64,000 nucleotides of DNA, from contig OZ024741.1 of the NCBI GenBank assembly GCA_964016885.1, positions 168,268,001 to 168,332,000 of the forward strand, given 5' to 3'. Below, piece after piece: positions 55,401 through 64,000 of the stretch; position 1 is the stretch's first letter; each line of letters begins with the position of its first letter. The position numbers and the translations under genes were made by a program. The DNA comes from Eledone cirrhosa (taxonomy: Eukaryota). The notes under the pieces were generated by a model that was given only the letters and a program-made list of their open reading frames with translations, did no database searches and had not been told where the DNA came from.

Positions 55401-56610
55401 AGATGGTAGTCTACAGGTGTGCTAGAAATGGCAGTTATATAGGGGGAACCTCATATTGGTCAATAGGTGTGCTAGAAATAGAGGTTAAATAGGGGGAAGC
55501 ACATGGTGGTCCATATTTGTGCTAGAAATAGCAGCTAAATAGGGGGAAACTCATTGTAGTCCATAGGTGTGCTAGAAATAGCAGCAAAATAGGGGGATCC
55601 TCATATTGGTCCATATGTGTGCAACAAATACCAGCTAAATGTGGGAACTTAATGGTGGTCCATAGGTGTGCTAGAAATAGCATCTAATTAAGGGGAAGGT
55701 GATGGGGGTTCATAGGTGTGCTAAAAATAGCAGCTAAATAAGTGGAACCTCATGGTGGTCTATAGGTGTGCTAGACATAGCAGCTATATCAGATAAACTG
55801 GGGGAACTTCAAGGTGACCCAAGGTGTGCTAGAAATAGCAGCTAATTAGGGGGAAACTCATTGTGGTTCATAGGTGTTCTAGAAATAGCAGCTTAATAAG
55901 GGTAACCTGTTGTGGTCCATAAGTGTGCTTGAAATAGCTACTAAATATGGGAACCTCATGGTGTGCTAGAAATAGCAGCTAAATAGGTCGAACTTTATAG
56001 TTGTTCATAGGTGTGCTAGAAATAGCAGGTTAAGAGGGGGAACCTCGTGGTGGTCCATATGTAGTGCCAGAAATAGAAGCTACATCAGCTAAACAGGAGG
56101 AACCTCACTGTGATCCGTAGGTGTGCTTGAAAATGTAGCTAAATAGGGGGGACGCTATGGTGGTCCATAGGTTTGCTCGAAATAGCAGCTAATTAGTGGG
56201 AACTTCATGCTGGTTCATGGGTGTTATAGAAATAACAGCTATATCAGCTAAACAGGGCGAAACTCATGGTGGACCATAGGTGTCTTCGATATAGCAGTTA
56301 AAAAGGGGGACCCTTATGGTTGTCCGTACGTGTGCTAGAAATCGCAGCTATATAGGTGGAGCTTTGTCGTGGTCCATAGGTGTGCTAGAAATTGCACCTA
56401 CATCAGCTTAACAGGAGGAACCTCATGGTGATTTATAGGTGTGCTAGAAATAGCAGTGAAATAGGGGGAACCTCGTGGTGCTTAGGTGTGCTAGAAATAG
56501 CAGCTATATTAGCTAAATAGAAAGACCCTCATGGTGGTCCATATGTGTGCTAGTAATAACAGCTAAATAGGGGGAACTCATGGTGGTAATTTTGTTTGCT
56601 AGAAATAGTC
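52475..56610. repeat. ~50/59-bp satellite (GCTAGAAATAGCAGCT[ACATCAGCT]AAATAGGGGGAACCTCATGGTGGTCCATAGGTGT) with strand switch near 53060
   Basis: Diverged tandem units; reverse orientation before ~53060, forward after. Confidence 0.95.
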
Positions 56611-57476
56611 TGTGGTCATAGCAGTCTGTGGTTATAAGACTGTGGTTCACTAGGATATATCAGATAGTCTGTCTAGACATTCATTCTTTCTTTTCCATTT
56701 TCCTTTTCTTTTTTCCCTTTTTTTCCCCTTCATGGTGGTTTGTGATTTCGTTTATTGGTCCACCCATCTACCATTTTGTTCATTCATTTTAGTTCCTACT
56801 TATTCATCCATTTTTTTTTTATTATTATTATTTTATTTTAGTGTTTTATTATCTTTGTATTATTTCATTTATATATATTTTTATCTCATTCTTTTATTTT
56901 TTCTATTCTTATCCTTTATTTTCTTATCATTTATCACTTTATTTGTTTATTGTTTTATCCTTTATATTTGTACTACCATCTATCAAATTACCCAGTAACT
57001 GATTTATACATTAATTTCTTTATTTCTTTATTCTTTCATTTTTTTCTTTTAATCTTCTCAGGCTTTGTAGCCTGTAACCATAGACTTCCTATAGAGAGGC
57101 AGTCATGCATGAACGGTATCTATACCAGACCAGTATAATTTACCATCTTGACCAACCAGTGATAGTAAATATTGCTGAATTCTAGGTCACATGCCTACCT
57201 ACTGGGATTTGACCAAACACAATTTAGCATAATAATATCAATGATGACACATTTCTTCTAACAAAGGTTGTGGCAGCCTAAAATTAACAAATCGGGTATC
57301 TAACAATTCAAAAACACTTGGATGTGCATCTACATGTGAGAACACATATTTCAGGAGTTTCAGATTCCAGAGTCAGAACGAATATTATTTGATCATTCCT
57401 TGAGCTGATTGGCAATGAAACATATGTAATTTATTATGTATATGATGCAATAGTGATTCTTTGTTCCCATTTATTA

Positions 57477-57695
57477 GGTGGGTTGGCAGTATCGGTAGGG
57501 GGTCAGATGCCATGCATTGTGCCATAGTTACGCCCCTTTATACTCTGAGTTCAATCCTGCTGAGGTTAACTTTGCCTTTCATCCTTACGGGGTCGATAAA
57601 ATAAAGTACCAGTCACGCACTGGGGTCGATTTTATCGACTTTCCCCTCCCCCCAAAATTGCTGGCCTTGTGCCTGTATAAGAAACCATTATTATT
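57477..57695 (+). mobile_element. SINE family 2
   Basis: Head, core and long tail. Confidence 0.8.
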
Positions 57696-57822
57696 ATATA
57701 TATATATCGTCTTAGTCTCTTCCACCCTTTTCAGCATATCGAGCAGTAGTAGTCACCAACGATCACAACCAGTGTCCGCTTTTTCGCATCCATGCTAAGT
57801 GATGTTGGCTGCCATCAAGTCT

Positions 57823-58296
<474 letters not shown>

Positions 58297-58376
58297 TATA
58301 TATGAATATGTATTTATATATATATGCGTCTCTACTGCAGCTACAGTTTTAATTTATACCTGTTATTATTATATAT

Positions 58377-58510
58377 ACGTCCCTTTATGATCTGAGTTCA
58401 AATCCCGCCGAGGTTGACTTTGCCTTTCATCCTTACGGGGTCGATAAAATAAAGTACCAGTAATGCACTGGATAATTGCTGGCCTTGTGCCTAAAGTAGA
58501 AACAATTATT
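58377..58510 (+). mobile_element. SINE family 2, 5'-truncated
   Basis: B box, core and tail. Confidence 0.8.
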
Positions 58511-58700
58511 ATATATAATATATATACATATATATTGAGTGGCATTGTGTCTCACTGATGTGAAACAAACACAGAGGAAGGATAGAGAATTTTTTCTTCC
58601 ACTTTAACAGGAAATTGGTCTTCTAATCAATTACAATATGGTTTAAGAAACATTTTAGTATTCGGTAGTTCTTATTGTATATGCATGTAAATATGTTTCT

Positions 58701-58742
<42 letters not shown>

Positions 58743-58748
<6 letters not shown>

Positions 58749-59250
58749 TAACAGATTAAAGTTTAAGCAAAGAATCGCTGCTTTCACCCTTAACGGGATC
58801 TTCTGAAACTAACAAAGTCAATCTGTAAACGCAGAACTGGATATTTCAAAAAACGTTGGAACCGGAGGAAGACAGGAAGACGATATTTTGGTTCGTGGGA
58901 ACGTTCGCTGGCAAAGAACGGGAAAAAACGAATAATACGTCATTAATAGGAGCGGTGAAAAACAATTACGCGCAAAGCCAGAACCACGTTTATGGTATAA
59001 AAGAGGTCGTGGTTCTGTCTTTGCGCGTAATTGTTTTTCACCGCTCCTATTAATGACGTATTCGTTTTTTCCCGTTCTTTGCCAGCGAACGTTCCCACGA
59101 ACCAAAGTATCGTCTTCCTGTCTTCCTCCGGTTGCAACGTTTTTTGAAATATCCAGTTCTGCGTTTACAGATTGACTTTGTTAGTTTCAGAAGATCCCGT
59201 TAAGGGTGAAAGCAGCGATTATTTGCTTAAACTTTAATCTGTTATTTAAT
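58743..59250. repeat. Inverted repeat, ~245-bp arms, 19-bp spacer
   Basis: 58743-58988 vs 59008-59250. Confidence 0.95.
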
Positions 59251-59339
59251 AAATATTTGCTCTACGGTTCTTATATATTTGATATATATTTATCCTTATC
59301 GAGCCCTCTTTGGATTTTAGTCTTCAATTTTATTATTAT

Positions 59340-59401
<62 letters not shown>

Positions 59402-59476
59402 CATATATATATATATATATATATTACATGCTATAATAGAGTAGAAAATGTTTTTTAAAATGATAATAATATATGA

Positions 59477-59538
<62 letters not shown>

Positions 59539-59700
59539 ATGTATATATATCATCATCATCATCATCATCATTTTACGTCCGCTTTTCCCTGCTTGCAAGG
59601 GTGGGATGGGAACTGATTCTGGCTTGATTTCTACAGCTGGATGCCCTTCCTAACACCAACCTCATTTACAGTGAGTGCTGGGTGCTTTTTTTCCATGGCG

Positions 59701-60362
59701 CTTTTTTCCATCCACTGAATTATTATTGTTCTGCATCCCCATGCATTGAACCACAAAGTTACTAAGACAAAACTTATATATTTGCTGGCATAGGTATGCA
59801 TCTGTATATATATGTTAGTAGATATACTAATTCTTTATAATTATCTCCAAATTATTTTGTCGAGCCAAAATTGGCCAAAACTGCTACTATAGTTCATAGT
59901 AACAGTCCGGCTGCTGTCTTCTTAACAAACCACTCTTCACTGATTGACCTCGATGTCACGTGATTGATTCTTTTGAATTTGCCACCGACGCAGTAGGCAG
60001 TGATTTTTTCAATGGCTTGGAACTTAGTCCACGCTTTGCTTTTTTCCATCCACTGAATTATTTTTGTATAAGTTCCCTGTGTCCACGTATTGCCTGGAAA
60101 CTTAGCGGAGAATAGACTTCCCTGATGACGAAAGGCTTCTCCGTACGTTTCTTCGGAAACTATGTTTATTCCCTTTCAGAAACTAATTAGTTGGAGTGAA
60201 ATTTTAGTAAGTAAGTTAATTTTTATAATTTTCTTATTTTACGTCTCTCATATTATTGTTCTGCATCCCCATGCATTGAACCACAAAGTTACTAAGACAA
60301 AACCTATATATTTTCTGGCATAGGTATGCATCTGTATATATATGTTAGTAGATATACAAATT

Positions 60363-60369
<7 letters not shown>
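59701..60369 (+). mobile_element. 530-bp HHR unit in partial tandem
   Basis: 59721-59838 recurs at 60251-60369; HHR 60116-60197: ACTTCC-CTGATGA-C-GAAAGG..CCTTTC-A-GAAA-CTAATTAG-TT-GGAGT. Confidence 0.75.
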
Positions 60370-60404
<35 letters not shown>

Positions 60405-60760
60405 ATAGATATATATGTGTTTTGCAACGGGTCACTTTGTGGCTCAATAAAGAATTAATAAATTAAATAATCAGAGCTATATATCATAAAACATGTCTAT
60501 AGAATCACCTGATAAAATATAAACCGTTTCCTCTCCCAAATACCATAATTAACCTTATAAAAAATCAATTAGACCAAGCTATAAGAATAAAGGCTCCTAT
60601 GAAGAAATCTCCGACAAATAACCGAAAGCAGCCCCTTCGCGGTGGTTGCGACGGAGTCATTTATCGAATATTTCGACAGCATGTATAAATCGACCAGATA
60701 TACAGTCAACTAAACATAATTAGGTGTAAAATAAACTAGAAAAAAGTGTACACATTTAAT

Positions 60761-60840
60761 TACCTCTACCATGGTTTCGTCCGCATTTTAAGACATCCGA
60801 TAACATTGGATATCTAGAGCTTCGGATTCTTCAGGAGTTA
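60761..60840 (-). ncRNA. Type I hammerhead inside inverted repeat 60480-60935
   Basis: CTC-CTGAAGA-ATCCG..CGGAC-GAAA-CCATGG-TA-GAG. Confidence 0.7.
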
Positions 60841-61006
60841 GCTCAAATTTAGACAATTAATTTTAATTATGCTAATTGGGAGAGGAAACGGTATATATTT
60901 TATCTGGTGATTCTATAGACATGTTTTATGATATACATATATCTTCATCATCATTATCATCGTTTAACTTCCATCTTCCACGCTTGCATGGGTTTGTGTG
61001 TGTGTG

Positions 61007-61076
<70 letters not shown>

Positions 61077-61118
61077 AACCCATGCAAGCGTGGAAGATGG
61101 ACGTATATATATATATTA

Positions 61119-63176
61119 AGTTTAAGAATTCTACTTCTTTAGCACACTATATCTGGGATCTTAAGGGGGCTAATATACCATATAGCCTTAATTGGCGTTT
61201 AGTAGCATGCTCTAATAACCTTTCTACACATACTAAATTTTGTAATCTCTGTATCCTCGAGACACACTCTATAATTTTCTCTAGCGAATCCTTACTTAAT
61301 AGAAAGTCTGAGATATTCTCTTCTTGCCCCCACGCTATTTCTAATTCTTACTTTTATTATAAACCTAAAGGTTCTAGTAGTTTAAATTGTATCCATTAGC
61401 TGATATATTCCATTACTTATTTTTTAGTTTAGGTTCTTTTTGTTTACCACCATTATTATCATCATTATTATCATTGGTTTTTGACAACTCTTTATTCTAG
61501 CTCTCATAATCTTTTAGCTACTATACCATATCTATCTTCTTACGCATTAAATTTTCACTATTAACACCTTATGAGTATATATCTGATTATACATTATTTT
61601 ACATTATTTTATTTTATTTCATTTTATTTTATTTTATTTTATTTTATTTGGTTTCTTCATTGGATAACCCCCCCCCCCCCCCATGCGCACATAAACTTAT
61701 TGTCAACCCCTTCACATAGATTATGATTATATTTAATCCCCCCCCCTCTTTTACGCTCCTTTCTATTATTTAATATAGTATATTGACTATAATTTTATGC
61801 TCTTTTGTATCCTCCATACATTTCTTTTTTTCTGTCCCTATTAGCCTACCATAATTCTGCTTAAGTCAGTTTTTTAGATATCATTATGTAAATGATAGTA
61901 GAAAATTTCATCCCTTTATATATATATTTGTAGTGAAATATTAACGTTTATATATTTTGATTACTTAAACCATAGCTAATATTGTATTGCCTTATTAAAT
62001 ATTTTAAATATTTTTAATATTAATTTATCAAATAGGGTTTTCGAGTCATTTACCGGGGTTGTTTCCTAAGTTTTACTTAACTGCATGTGAGACCTAACTA
62101 TATACTTTTGTTTTTGTTTTTTAATTTCCGGTTGATTCTATTTATTTATTTATTTATTAATACTACTGTGCATTCTATTTACTGCCTGGCCCTTACTCAC
62201 TCATCCACATATATGTCTGTTTACCAACCTTGTAATTATAAGTAATTATATATTATATTATGTTAATTATTTTATATTGTATTTGTTATTGTACTATCGA
62301 TCCTTATTACTTACCGTTGATTATATATAACATTATGATATGTTAAATTTTATATATCATGTAAGAAGTTTATATTTTTGTACCATCATAATTTTGGGCA
62401 TTGTACAATTTATATTTTTTCTCACCTACTCTGTAACTCTATATGAATTGATTTGTTAACTTGCATGCCATTATATATTATATATTATATATGTTATTAT
62501 ATTATTATAGTATTATTGTGACATCTATATTGTTTGTGTAAATTAACCGGAGATTATCTATTATTATATTATATTATATGGTATATAATTGTATAGTTTA
62601 TTATATATTATATGTGCTACTTATAATCATATCATATTATTACCTCATGTATATTAGATATATGTATTATTACTATTATTATTATTTTTATTCCTATCAT
62701 GCTTATTTATATTTAAACTCTTAATAAGGTTTAATTTGTGCTGTTAAAGATGGATATGTGTATTGATGTGTGTGTGTGTGTGTGCGTACATATATACATA
62801 TATATTGTACCTTTTAATTTTTATTGTAATTTTAATATTGTTACAAGTATATTATATTATATTATATAGTATTATATATAATTCCCGCTCTATATAACCA
62901 CCTTTGTTTAGCTCTAGGTTTTTTTTGCTTTGGACTATATTTGTAATATGGTTCTAAATTGTTATACAGTTCCTTAGTGATTTTTATTATATATTTTTAC
63001 CCATAATCTTTCAATACTTTAGTGTATGTACACTCCATATTCTTCGGAGTTTTCGGCTTGTATAGGCCGATAATACTTCTTGTTGTTTTAATTGCCCTGA
63101 TGAGTCCTTAATAGGACGAAACATTGTTGGCTAATAAAGACTTTTGATGTATTGAAGGCTTCTTTGTTTTACTTTC

Positions 63177-63180
<4 letters not shown>
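61119..63180 (+). mobile_element. Penelope-like (Naiad-like) 3' fragment with ~1.7-kb AT-rich 3' UTR
   Basis: STSLAHYIWDLK..YSLNW..CNLCILE..LLNRKSEIFSSCPH; terminal HHR. Confidence 0.75.
63091..63135 (+). ncRNA. Type I minimal hammerhead, canonical core
   Basis: ATTGCC-CTGATGA-GTCC(ttaata)GGAC-GAAA-CATTG-TT-GGCTAAT. Confidence 0.9.
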
Positions 63181-63228
<48 letters not shown>

Positions 63229-63331
63229 AACCCATGCAAGCGTGGAAGATGGACGTTAAACGATGATGATGATGATGATATATATATATCATAAAACATG
63301 TCTATAGAATCACCAAATAAAATATATATAT

Positions 63332-63668
63332 GGAAGCACATGGCTTAGTGGTTAGAGCATTAGCCTTGAAATCGAAATGTTGTGAGTTCAATTCTCAGAC
63401 CAGGTGATGTGTTGTTTCCTTGAGCAAGACACTTTATTTGACATTGCTCCAGTTTACTCAGCTGTAGAAATGAGATGATAGGGACTGGGGTCCCTATCAT
63501 TCCACTGCAAAGTGGTCATGGAGGTGCCATGGCAAAAAAGCACCCAGCACTCACTTTAAATGAGGTGGGTGTTAGGAAGGGCATCCAGCTGTAGAAATCA
63601 AACCAAAATCAGTTCCTGTCTCACCCTTGCCAGCAGGGAAAAGCGGATGTAAAATGAAATGATGATGA
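63332..63668 (+). mobile_element. CORE-type SINE, full length
   Basis: Matches 57953-58296. Confidence 0.85.
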
Positions 63669-63851
63669 TATATGTATATGAAGAAAAGGAAAAGAATGAC
63701 TTCACTCGTAGTGTTAACAAATTTTTGACTTCATTTTATAATATTATAATATTATAAAATTAAATCAAACATTTTTTAGCACTACAAGTGAAGTCATTCT
63801 TTTCCTTTTTTTTAAATATACCTAACTGTACCAAGGATCTCACACATTTTG

Positions 63852-63886
<35 letters not shown>

Positions 63887-63910
63887 GAAAATCTGCTTTT
63901 TAGAATCAAG

Positions 63911-64000
63911 ACGTATCTGAGGATCTTGCGATTTTCAGAGTCAGGTTCGATCATCCCGTTGATCGTGCCTCGAGCTGGTCGCCAGAGAAATGATTGTAAT
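63911..64000 (+). ncRNA. Hammerhead cut off by the window edge
   Basis: ACGTAT-CTGAGGA-TCTTGCGA..TCGCCAGA-GAAA-TGATTG-TA-AT. Confidence 0.65.

Noticed and set aside
52475-56610. CRISPR-like or coding repeat
   Set aside because: The whole unit is repeated with random divergence, and the track shows no ORF.

Overview
Eukaryotic, AT-rich, gene-poor and almost entirely repetitive DNA. The SINE types, the RTE LINEs with (ATG)n tails and the extreme (TA)n density suggest a coleoid cephalopod such as Octopus, but this is an inference. I found no host gene. The long Y/I/M/C-rich ORFs are translations of (TA)n microsatellites. The contents are decayed RTE LINEs, two tRNA-derived SINE families, a near full-length decayed R4/Dong-type RLE retrotransposon, CR1, mariner, pogo and piggyBac remnants, a ~50-bp satellite with an internal inversion, and several Penelope-like elements (RT + GIY-YIG). 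The main signal is non-coding. By eye I find about 22 type-I minimal hammerhead ribozyme (HHR) motifs from about 14 unrelated sequence families, nearly all in short cassettes embedded in (TA)n tracts. They include an apparently identical 310-bp x ~4.5 tandem array with one HHR per unit (retrozyme/circRNA-like), 591-bp and 530-bp ORF-less HHR units, and HHRs carrying the compensatory U3-A8 core. About a dozen long fold-back palindromes are associated with the same cassettes. All folds were paired manually; no cleavage or expression data are available.
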